Source: an uncultured Clostridia bacterium (GTDB lineage Bacteria; Bacillota; Clostridia; Oscillospirales; Ruminococcaceae). Taken from it: 61,984 bases of DNA. The position numbers and the translations under genes were made by a program. The stretch spans positions 1 through 61,984 of the forward strand of contig CALGTU010000028.1 of the NCBI GenBank assembly GCA_937901465.1. Direction: 5' to 3'. The notes beneath the pieces are model-generated. The model did not search any database. It had not been told where the DNA came from and was given only the letters and a program-made list of their open reading frames with translations. Below are positions 37,700 to 45,795 of this stretch, in pieces (position 1 is the first letter of the stretch; every line of letters starts with the position of its first letter).

Positions 37700-38172
37700 G
37701 CACAATAAACGTTGGAATAGCAGACCTTAATGTCTGCTCCGGCACGGACATCCTTGCCACCTACGCTCTCGGCTCGTGTATCGGAATATGTCTTTATGAT
37801 GAGAAAGCAAAAATAGCGGGTCTTGCCCATATAATGCTTCCATGGAGTAAAGACGCTTCAAAGCAGGACAATATGCGAAGGTATGCCGACACGGGTATAT
37901 GGGAGCTTTACAATTTAATGAAACAAAAGGGTGCTTCTTTCCCGGGGACAGTAGCCAAAATTGCAGGCGGAGCGCAGATGTTCCAGGGCAATTCAGGCGT
38001 GTTCAATATCGGTGAACGCAATATTCAGGCGGTAAAGATTGTGCTCAGTAAACTCAATATCCCGATAGTTGCCGAAGACACAGGCCTTAATTACGGAAGA
38101 ACTGTATTCTTTGACGCACAGACGGGAACGATGCAGGTTAAGTCTGCAATGAACCCGATTAAGAATTTATAA
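37696..38172 (+). CDS. cheD: Chemoreceptor glutamine deamidase CheD
   Basis: LGSCIGICLYD, GLAHIMLP and GGAQMF motifs. Confidence 0.9.
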   Translation: MSTINVGIADLNVCSGTDILATYALGSCIGICLYDEKAKIAGLAHIMLPWSKDASKQDNMRRYADTGIWELYNLMKQKGASFPGTVAKIAGGAQMFQGNSGVFNIGERNIQAVKIVLSKLNIPIVAEDTGLNYGRTVFFDAQTGTMQVKSAMNPIKNL

Positions 38173-38300
38173 AACTAAAATCTTACCCGTCTTTCGTCGT
38201 CAACACTCCTAGCAGTACACCGCGTACGGCGTCGTCGTGTTTTTTAGAAATACAGGCAATCTTTTAGTTTTATCGTAAATATGCCCCACGGGCTCCGTGG
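38169..38300. repeat. TIR-flanked ~100-bp element starting at the cheD stop codon, plus an adjoining GC-hairpin module
   Basis: ATAAAACTAAAA (38169-38180) pairs with TTTTAGTTTTAT (38262-38273), a 12-bp perfect inverted repeat. It is followed by CGTAAATATGCC-CCACGGGCTCCGTGG. Confidence 0.6.
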
Positions 38301-38311
38301 TCTTTTTACAT

Positions 38312-38346
38312 AAAAATATCCCCCTCGCAAGAGGGGGATTATTTTA
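38312..38346. terminator. Bidirectional terminator between cheD and the convergent FlhB-C-like gene
   Basis: ATCCCCCTC-GCAA-GAGGGGGAT flanked by A- and T-runs. Confidence 0.8.
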
Positions 38347-38640
38347 TTTCTTATTATTTCCTACTTTGCCCGAAGTCTTTAAAATTTCAACATAAATCGA
38401 AGCGACAAGTTCAAAAAGGTCGGGCGGGATAGTTTTTCCTACTTTAAGCATAGATAAAAGTGCGGCAGCACTGTCGTCTCTGTAAATCGGAACTCCACTG
38501 CTGTCGGCAAGAGAAATCATCTTTTCGGCAACATTTCCGTGTCCCGATGCAACAACAACGGGAGCGTAATCCTTATCGGGATTATATTTAAGCGCAACGG
38601 CACTGTTTTTGAGCGCCGCTTTATCTTTAGGCTGTGACAT
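38344..38640 (-). CDS. Stand-alone FlhB C-terminal-domain paralogue (YlqH/EscU-YscU C-domain-like)
   Basis: AVALKYNPDKDYAPVVVASGHGNVAEKMISLADSSGVPIYRDDSAAALL aligns with the FlhB segment after NPTH. There are no TM segments and no NPTH motif. Confidence 0.85.
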   Translation of the reverse strand: MSQPKDKAALKNSAVALKYNPDKDYAPVVVASGHGNVAEKMISLADSSGVPIYRDDSAAALLSMLKVGKTIPPDLFELVASIYVEILKTSGKVGNNKK

Positions 38641-40405
38641 TCAGGCCACCTCGCTTATCATTGATATGTGGAAAAACAGTAGTTAAACTTCTCTTTTCTC
38701 TTAAAATGCCTACATTCGATGTTCTTACAGAATATCCCTTGCCTGCGGCGAATCTTGCTATCGCGGTTCTCATACTTGAGAAATTCTTTGAAAAATCTTC
38801 GGGACAGAAAAGGTTTACCGTCAGATCTCTTTCTTCGGCATTTATTTCAAGCTCGAAATCACCCACATCGTCGATTGAGAAATCGAGAAGAATATGGAAA
38901 TTCTCGCCGTCTTCAGAGTTATCTGCCCATAATTCACCGAAAGCTTTTTTGTCGCTGTCTTCTGTTTTAAGCGGAAGAAGAGCATGTAAAAGAGGGGTGT
39001 AAACACCGGGTGCTGTAAGAAGTGATGACATAAGATTATCACGGCTGAACTGCGGAAGTGTATTCAGAGCAGAATCGTCGATATTCTTTAAAAGGAAGTT
39101 TGTAAAATTATCCATAGCTGTCGGCTTTTCGTATTGTGCGTCGCCTTTTTGAAGAATATTTTCAAGAACTTCATTGAGTCTTTGTGCGATAGGAAGTTTT
39201 ACATTTTCGTTTTCGATAGAATTAAGAACTTTTGATAAATTTTCGGCAAGAACATTAAGGTCCTTGTTCTGAGCAAAACTCTGAAGCATATTATCGATAT
39301 CGGAAAGATTTTTCTCGGGAGTGATGAGTGAGAGAATTTCTTTTATCGAGAAAAGACCGTCTGTTGTATCGATATCTGAAAGACTCTGTAAAAATACGGG
39401 GTTATCCATATGGTTTGCAAAGTTCTTTACAGAATCGGCAAGCTTGTTTGCCGAAAGCGAACCCATATCAACAAGTTCACGTCCGAGTGTGAAAGACTTT
39501 ACATCATCGGGGAGCTTTGCGGTTTCAACGAATTCGGTAAAAGCTTTCTGAAGCTCGTTCGCCATATCTTTCGGAATATCAGGACTCTGCAATATTGAGT
39601 CGATAAGCTTGTCGAAAGCATTTTTCATTCCATCGGGAGTGTTCTGAATTCTTGAAAGATTATAAGAAACGAGAGAAATAAGCCCTTTGAGTCTGTCGGT
39701 CATAAGAAGACTTCCGCTCGCGTTTTTCATAGTTTCAAGAGCTTGTTCCTTAAGTTCGGGGAAGTTCTGGAGAGCATTGTTATCGGCAAATTTCTGTGCA
39801 AGCGATGAAAGTTCTTCTGATATAGAACGACTCGCGAATAATTCGTCAGACATAAAAGTAAATGTCTGTGAAAGTGATTTCATAACGCTCTCGGGAGTGG
39901 TTGCGTTTACATATGATTTTAAAAATGCGGTTATGTTATCTCTTATCTCACTTCCGCCGAAAGCCTTTTCGGAAAGGTTTGTGAGATTTCTTAGCATATC
40001 AAAAAGTTTTCCGTTGAAAACAGTAGCGTCTTTCGCCTGTTCTGCCATATCCGCGGGGAGATTTTCAGGGGTAAGGAGTATTTCATTCGCGAGTGCTGTA
40101 AGTTCATCCAACCCCGTTGTGTTTCCCGATGCCTTTAACGCGTTAAGCAGTTCTTCGGTCATAAGCGACTGAATAGACTGTGCTGTCATAGAGGGATTCT
40201 GAGAAATCGCAAGTTCAAGAGGCTTTAAAAGATTTTCGCCCGAATAGTCGGCGTTGTCCTGAGTCTGCTGGTCGGTTCTCTGCTGGGTGCTTGTAACCTG
40301 AGTTGTATTCGCAAGCTGAAACTGGTCCTGAGGGGCTTGTGTTGCGTTAGGATTGACATAGTTTCTCGGCAACGCAGGGGTTGTTATCTGAAGAATATCA
40401 GCCAA
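38627..40405 (-). CDS. Large soluble protein, possible FliK-like (hook-length/substrate-switch) paralogue
   Basis: 592 aa. TTG start follows GGAGGTG, and the gene overlaps the downstream FlhB-C-like gene by 14 nt. The Gln/Thr-rich N-terminus and C-terminal block HILLDFSIDDVGDFELEINAEERDLTVNLF...AAGKGYSV resemble a Flg_hook domain. The functional call is tentative. Confidence 0.55.
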   Translation of the reverse strand: MADILQITTPALPRNYVNPNATQAPQDQFQLANTTQVTSTQQRTDQQTQDNADYSGENLLKPLELAISQNPSMTAQSIQSLMTEELLNALKASGNTTGLDELTALANEILLTPENLPADMAEQAKDATVFNGKLFDMLRNLTNLSEKAFGGSEIRDNITAFLKSYVNATTPESVMKSLSQTFTFMSDELFASRSISEELSSLAQKFADNNALQNFPELKEQALETMKNASGSLLMTDRLKGLISLVSYNLSRIQNTPDGMKNAFDKLIDSILQSPDIPKDMANELQKAFTEFVETAKLPDDVKSFTLGRELVDMGSLSANKLADSVKNFANHMDNPVFLQSLSDIDTTDGLFSIKEILSLITPEKNLSDIDNMLQSFAQNKDLNVLAENLSKVLNSIENENVKLPIAQRLNEVLENILQKGDAQYEKPTAMDNFTNFLLKNIDDSALNTLPQFSRDNLMSSLLTAPGVYTPLLHALLPLKTEDSDKKAFGELWADNSEDGENFHILLDFSIDDVGDFELEINAEERDLTVNLFCPEDFSKNFSSMRTAIARFAAGKGYSVRTSNVGILREKRSLTTVFPHINDKRGGLNVTA

Positions 40406-40536
40406 AAAATCACCTCCAAAAAATCCTATTAGTGATATTGAACAAAAGATTTATGCCCGATTTGTTCAAATTTCAATTTTCGCATAAAAATTTTTAAAAA
40501 AAACTAACTTTATTTATATAATATCTCATTTTTCGC

Positions 40537-40565
40537 TTGTAGTAAAGGATTTTTTTTGATATAAT
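40537..40565 (+). promoter_or_regulatory. Sigma-A promoter of the che operon
   Basis: TTGTAG-17 nt-TATAAT with a TGn extended -10. Confidence 0.55.
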
Positions 40566-40636
40566 GTTATTAATAAGCTATTTTAGATAAATATTTTATG
40601 TAAATGGAAAAAATATACAAAAAGTAGGTGCTGATT

Positions 40637-42751
40637 ATGAGTAAATTCGAACCCGGAATGGAAAGTATGGTTGATATGTATATCTATGAAACCACAACTC
40701 TCCTCGAACAACTTGACCAGATACTCATCAAAACAGAAGGACAGGGCTCTTTTGATAAAGAAAGCATTAACGAAATCTTCCGTATAATGCATACTATCAA
40801 GGGTTCATCTGCCATGATGGGACTTGAAAATATGTCATCACTCGCTCATGCTATTGAAGACATGTTTTACATAATAAGAGAAGAAAAGCCCGTTATCGAT
40901 GATTCGAAGGACCTTTACGAGCTTGTTTTCAGTGCGTCTGATTTACTCAAGGCAGAAATCGACATCATGCAGAATGACGATTATGACTTTACAGATTTCT
41001 CTCCTTGCCATGACAGAATCAAGGCTTATGTTGCTGTTCTTAAAAACGGCGGTGGTGCCGCACCCGCAGCAGCAGGAGAAGAAACAGCGTCAGCAACTTC
41101 ATCCGCTCCCGCAGCAGCAGAAGGCATGGTAACTGTTAAGGTTATTTTCGATGACGATTGTAAAATGGAAAACCTCCGTGCACTTCTTCTTGTAAACAAA
41201 ATCAGAGAAGATTGTTCAGAAATTTCTTATGAACCTTCAGATATCGAAACAAACGCCGATACAGCAAAGACAATTATCGACAACGGCTTTATCGTTCGTT
41301 TCAAAGCACTTGACGGCAACGATCAGCTCGTTATAAACGGCATTGAAGAAGCACTCAACGTTAAATCATATGAAATCATAGAAGAAGCACCTGCACCTGC
41401 ACCCGTAGAAGCACCCAAGGCTGCTCCCGCAGCAGCAGTGGCAGAAGCTCCCAAAGCAGAAGCACCCAAGGCAGAAGCTCCCAAGCCTGCGGCTCCCGCT
41501 CCCAAGGCTGATGAAGGCAAAAAATCTGTTGAACAGATCAACAATATGCTTCAGGGCAGACAGGGCGGCGGCGGAAAACAGAGCCTTATCTCTGTTAACC
41601 TCAATAAGCTCGATCAGCTTATGGATATGGTCGGCGAAATTGTTATCACAGAAGCAATGGTAACAGGCAACCCCGATCTTAAGGGTCTTCAGCTTGACAA
41701 CTTCCAGAAATCAGCAAGACAGCTCAGAAAACTCAACAGCGAACTTCAGGATATCGTTATGTCAATCCGAATGGTTCCCCTTTCGGGCGCATTCAATAAG
41801 ATGACAAGAATTGTCCGCGATATGAAGGTAAAACTTAATAAAGATGTCAACCTCGTATTCGAAGGCGAAAACACAGAAGTTGATAAGAGCGTTATCGATA
41901 ACCTCAACGATCCCCTTATGCATATGGTAAGAAACGCCGTTGACCATGGTATCGAAGAAAACGTTGAAGACAGACTCGCAGCAGGCAAGCCCGCACAGGG
42001 AACAGTCAAGCTTTCTGCTTATAACTCATCGGGTGAAGTTATCATCGTTGTTTCAGACGACGGCGCAGGTATGAACGCCGAAAAACTTCTCGATAAGGGC
42101 GAAAGAAACGGAATCCTTACAAAGCCCCGTGAAGAATACACAGAAAGAGAAGCGTTCCAACTTGTTATGGCGGCAGGTTTCTCAACAAACGAAGTTGTAA
42201 CAGAATTCTCAGGCCGTGGCGTTGGTATGGACGTTGTTAAGAAGAACATCGAAAAGATCGGCGGAACAGTTTCTGTTGAAAGTAAACTCGGTGAGGGAAC
42301 ATCGTTCATCATCAAGATTCCTCTCTCACTCGCTATTGTAGACGGAATGAACGTTTCTGTAGGAAAGTCAATCTTCACACTTCCCATAAACTCAATCAAG
42401 GAAAGCTTCAAGCTTCATGAAAACCAGCTTATCCATGATACTTACGGCAACGAAATGATCATGATCAGAGGCGAATGTTATCCTCTTATCAGACTTTATA
42501 AGTGCTATGACCTTGAACCTACATACACAAACATCTATGAAGGTATCATAATTCTCGTTGAAGCAGAAGGAAAGACAGCTTGTATCTATGCCGACGAACT
42601 TTTAGGCGAACAGCAGGTTGTTGTTAAGCCCTTCTCACCAATGTTCAACGACTTCAATGTCAAGCAGTATGGTATGTCGGGATGTACAATTCTCGGTGAC
42701 GGAAGTATCACAATTATTCTTGATGCCAACAACATCATTACAAATTTCTAA
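40637..42751 (+). CDS. cheA: Chemotaxis histidine kinase CheA
   Basis: Hpt motif MHTIKGSSAMMG, an Ala/Pro-rich linker, HATPase (DDGAGM, GRGVGMDVV) and a CheW-like C-domain. ATG 40637 follows AGGTG. Confidence 0.95.
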   Translation: MSKFEPGMESMVDMYIYETTTLLEQLDQILIKTEGQGSFDKESINEIFRIMHTIKGSSAMMGLENMSSLAHAIEDMFYIIREEKPVIDDSKDLYELVFSASDLLKAEIDIMQNDDYDFTDFSPCHDRIKAYVAVLKNGGGAAPAAAGEETASATSSAPAAAEGMVTVKVIFDDDCKMENLRALLLVNKIREDCSEISYEPSDIETNADTAKTIIDNGFIVRFKALDGNDQLVINGIEEALNVKSYEIIEEAPAPAPVEAPKAAPAAAVAEAPKAEAPKAEAPKPAAPAPKADEGKKSVEQINNMLQGRQGGGGKQSLISVNLNKLDQLMDMVGEIVITEAMVTGNPDLKGLQLDNFQKSARQLRKLNSELQDIVMSIRMVPLSGAFNKMTRIVRDMKVKLNKDVNLVFEGENTEVDKSVIDNLNDPLMHMVRNAVDHGIEENVEDRLAAGKPAQGTVKLSAYNSSGEVIIVVSDDGAGMNAEKLLDKGERNGILTKPREEYTEREAFQLVMAAGFSTNEVVTEFSGRGVGMDVVKKNIEKIGGTVSVESKLGEGTSFIIKIPLSLAIVDGMNVSVGKSIFTLPINSIKESFKLHENQLIHDTYGNEMIMIRGECYPLIRLYKCYDLEPTYTNIYEGIIILVEAEGKTACIYADELLGEQQVVVKPFSPMFNDFNVKQYGMSGCTILGDGSITIILDANNIITNF

Positions 42752-42769
42752 TTGAAAGGAATGAACCAT

Positions 42770-43231
42770 ATGTCAGAATATATCGAACAGACAACTAACT
42801 TCTTATCCGACGGCGGTGAAATTCTTCAGTTTGAAATTGACAATGCCGTTTACGGAATTGAAATCCAGTATATAACAGAAATCATCCAGATTCAGCAGAT
42901 AACAATAGTTCCAAAAGTTCCCTCATATATCAAAGGTATGATGAACCTTCGTGGTAAGGTTATCCCCGTTATGAGCGTAAGAAGCCGTTTCGGCAAGGAA
43001 GAAATTCCGTATGACGACAGAACATGTATCATTGTTGTTGAATGGGATGGCCTCGCGGTTGGTCTTATTGTTGACAGAATCAGAGAAGTTGCTATGATTT
43101 CTCCCGAAGAAGTTTCATCTACTCCTGATTACAAGAATGTCAATATGAATCATTTTATCAAATACATCATCGAAACAGGAGACGAAATCAAACTTCTCCT
43201 TGATTGTGAAACACTCGTTACGGAGAGATAG
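42770..43231 (+). CDS. cheW: Chemotaxis coupling protein CheW
   Basis: CheW fold pattern: F.....YGI.I....EI........VP..P.YIKG..NLRG.VIPV. Confidence 0.9.
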   Translation: MSEYIEQTTNFLSDGGEILQFEIDNAVYGIEIQYITEIIQIQQITIVPKVPSYIKGMMNLRGKVIPVMSVRSRFGKEEIPYDDRTCIIVVEWDGLAVGLIVDRIREVAMISPEEVSSTPDYKNVNMNHFIKYIIETGDEIKLLLDCETLVTER

Positions 43232-43236
43232 CATTT

Positions 43237-44052
43237 ATGATAACACTTACCGACGCTGATTTTCTCCGTATTGTCGAATACATAAAAAAACATTACGGAA
43301 TAAATCTTGAAAAAAAGCGTATTCTTGTTGAGGGACGCCTTGTAAACACAGTTACCTCAAAGGGTTTTAACTCCTTCAAGGCGTATCTCGATACAATTCT
43401 CACAGGCGAAAGTTCGCCCGAACTCGAACAGTTTGTAAATAAACTTACAACAAACCATACATTCTTTATGAGAGAACCCGAACATTTCGATTTTATGAAA
43501 TCAACCGTTCTCCCATATATCGAAAGAACAGTTACCGATAAGGATGCAAGAATATGGTGCGCCGCTTCATCAACGGGACAGGAGCCTTATACAATGGCTA
43601 TGACCATAGATGAATATTTCGGACCGAGACGTCAGGGATGGGACCTTAAAATCCTCGCAACAGATATCTCGACAAAAGTTTTGGCCGAAGCTTATGCGGG
43701 CGTTTATACCCTTGAAATGATGGAAGGTGTTCCGAGAGAATGGATGGAAAAGTATTTCGTAAGAACTGAAGACGGAAAGTTCCGTGTATGCGACAGAATA
43801 AGAAAAGAAATCGTTTATAAACAGTTTAATCTTATGAATGAAATCCGCTATAAAAAACCTTATGACCTTATCAGTTGCCGGAATGTTATGATTTATTTCG
43901 ACGCTGAAACAAAGAATAACCTCATAGAAAGACTTTATGATTGTCTTAAACCGGGCGGTTATCTTTTCATAGGCCATGCGGAAAATGTTTCTAAAAACAC
44001 AAGGTTTGAATTTATTCAGCCTGCTATTTACAGAAGACCCTTAGGAAAATAG
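43237..44052 (+). CDS. cheR: Chemotaxis methyltransferase CheR
   Basis: FFREPEHF and IWCAASSTGQEPY SAM-binding motifs. Confidence 0.92.
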   Translation: MITLTDADFLRIVEYIKKHYGINLEKKRILVEGRLVNTVTSKGFNSFKAYLDTILTGESSPELEQFVNKLTTNHTFFMREPEHFDFMKSTVLPYIERTVTDKDARIWCAASSTGQEPYTMAMTIDEYFGPRRQGWDLKILATDISTKVLAEAYAGVYTLEMMEGVPREWMEKYFVRTEDGKFRVCDRIRKEIVYKQFNLMNEIRYKKPYDLISCRNVMIYFDAETKNNLIERLYDCLKPGGYLFIGHAENVSKNTRFEFIQPAIYRRPLGK

Positions 44053-44069
44053 TTTAAACGGAGGAAATT

Positions 44070-45125
44070 ATGCTGAAAAGGAGTCATACAAGGATTTTCA
44101 TAGTTGATGACTCGGCATTTTTCAGCCGTTTTGTCGAGACCGAATTTAAAAATAATTTTCCCGAATTTGAAATAGTAGGAACAGAGCAGGACCCCTTAAA
44201 AGCAATCGATAGAATAATCGAAACAAAACCCGATGTTGTTACAATCGATTTTGAAATGCCACATATGAACGGCATTGAAATGCTTGAAAGACTCCTGCCT
44301 AAAATAAAAGTTCCCGTTATTATCGCTTCTTCAAAAACAGTAAATGTTCTCGAAGCGTTATCGTCAGGTGCTGTTGATTTTATCAAAAAACCTGATTTGT
44401 CACCCGAATCAAAAGGTGTTTTTATAAGAGAACTTTCAAAGAAAATCGAAATCGCAAAATATGCAAAGGTTATACTCCCTTCTGAAAGAAAGGTTGTAAC
44501 CCCCGCAAAACCCGATACAGTTCAGGCTATACCGCAGAGAATAAACTATGTTAAAGATGAAAGCATCATAGCAATAGGCTCATCAACAGGCGGCCCTGAT
44601 GCTTTGATGAAAATCCTTACAAAACTCCCCGCGAATATTCCGCCGATAGTAATCGTTCAGCATATGCCCGAAAATTTCACAAAGCTTCTTGCTGAAAGAA
44701 TAGATAAAAACTGTGCTTTCAGTGCTTTTGAATCAGAAAACGGAATGCGACTTAAAAACGGAATGTGCGTTGTCGGAAAAGCAGGACTTCAGATGAAAGT
44801 TATGAAAGACAACAAGGGCTATTATATAATTCATGAAAAAGATATTGTAAAGCCTTTGCATTCGCCTTCGGTTGATGTTCTTTTCGATTCGGTTGCAAAA
44901 TCTGCGGGAAGAAACGCAATAGGCGTTATCCTTACAGGCATGGGCGCTGACGGCGCTAAGGGAATGCTTAATATGAAAAAATCAGGCGCTTATACAATCG
45001 GTCAGGACGAAAAAACCTGCGTTGTTTACGGAATGCCTATGGAAGCTTTTAAACTCGGCGCGGTTGAAATTCAGTTGCCACTGACTTCTATTGCCGATCA
45101 TATTATAAAAAAACTTAACAGTTGA
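44070..45125 (+). CDS. cheB: Chemotaxis methylesterase/response regulator CheB
   Basis: Receiver domain (IVDDS, VTIDFEMP) plus esterase (IGSSTGGP, HMP, GMGADG). Confidence 0.92.
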   Translation: MLKRSHTRIFIVDDSAFFSRFVETEFKNNFPEFEIVGTEQDPLKAIDRIIETKPDVVTIDFEMPHMNGIEMLERLLPKIKVPVIIASSKTVNVLEALSSGAVDFIKKPDLSPESKGVFIRELSKKIEIAKYAKVILPSERKVVTPAKPDTVQAIPQRINYVKDESIIAIGSSTGGPDALMKILTKLPANIPPIVIVQHMPENFTKLLAERIDKNCAFSAFESENGMRLKNGMCVVGKAGLQMKVMKDNKGYYIIHEKDIVKPLHSPSVDVLFDSVAKSAGRNAIGVILTGMGADGAKGMLNMKKSGAYTIGQDEKTCVVYGMPMEAFKLGAVEIQLPLTSIADHIIKKLNS

Positions 45126-45139
45126 CGGAGGAAAAGAAA

Positions 45140-45604
45140 ATGGGTTTTGAAGATAAAGCAGGCAAATACCTTACGTTTGTCCTTGATGACAGAAGATATG
45201 CCTTTTCTATCAAGAATGTCATTGAAATTATAGGGATTCAGGATATAACACCCGTTCCCGAAAGCCCCGTCTATATGAAAGGTATCATAAATTTAAGAGG
45301 AAGAATTATTCCGCTTATAGATATGCGCCTTAGATTCAAGAAGGAAGAAATCCCCTATAACAAGAGAACATCTATTGTAATAGTAAGAATAAACGAAGTT
45401 GATATCGGATTTATCGTTGATAGGGTTGATGAAGTAACAGATATGAAGGCGGAAGAACTTTCACCACCACCCGTTGTTACTATGGATAGCACAAGTAAAT
45501 ATGTTATGGCGATAGGAAAAATAAAGGGAGATATCATTCTTCTTTTAGACCATGACAAACTCTTTTCAAGATCAGAACTCAGAACTCTCACAGAAAGCAA
45601 CTAA
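45140..45604 (+). CDS. cheW: Second CheW
   Basis: YLTFVLDDRRYAF.I..V.EI......TPVP..P.YMKGIINLRGRIIPL. ATG 45140 lies 8 nt after GGAGG. Confidence 0.9.
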   Translation: MGFEDKAGKYLTFVLDDRRYAFSIKNVIEIIGIQDITPVPESPVYMKGIINLRGRIIPLIDMRLRFKKEEIPYNKRTSIVIVRINEVDIGFIVDRVDEVTDMKAEELSPPPVVTMDSTSKYVMAIGKIKGDIILLLDHDKLFSRSELRTLTESN

Positions 45605-45605
45605 T

Positions 45606-45636
45606 AAAAGCACCCCAGAGGGTGCTTTTTTATTTT
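45606..45636 (+). terminator. Rho-independent terminator of the che operon
   Basis: GCACCC-CAGA-GGGTGC followed by T6. Confidence 0.8.
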
Positions 45637-45638
45637 TC

Positions 45639-45678
45639 GGACAAACTATGAAACGATCTGTCCTGTGCGGTCACGCAC
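45639..45678 (+). repeat. Intergenic repeat family copy abutting the tRNA 3' end
   Basis: GAAACGATCTGTCCTGTGCGGTCACGCAC. The core and hairpin GTGCG-GTCA-CGCAC are the same as at 51891-51917. Confidence 0.55.
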
Positions 45679-45753
45679 TGGCACCCCCGGCGAGAATCGA
45701 ACTCACGACTAATCCTTAGGAGGGATTTGTAATATCCACTTTACTACAGGGGC
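45679..45753 (-). tRNA. tRNA-Arg (anticodon CCU), CCA encoded
   Basis: The reverse complement folds as GCCCCTG-TA-GTAA-AGTGGATA-TTAC-A-AATCC-CTCCTAA-GGATT-AGTC-GTGAG-TTCGATT-CTCGC-CGGGGGT-G-CCA. It has a canonical T-loop, GG in the D-loop and an A20-type residue. The acceptor stem has two G-U pairs. Confidence 0.85.
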
Positions 45754-45758
45754 AAATT

Positions 45759-45795
45759 CGCCCTGCTCTTTTTCAGAGCAAGGCGTTTTGTTTTT
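45759..45795. terminator. Stem-loop between glyQS and the tRNA (partial terminator or processing site)
   Basis: CGCCCTGCTCT-TTTTC-AGAGCAAGGCG with one mismatch. The T-run is good on the plus strand and weak on the minus strand. Confidence 0.5.
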
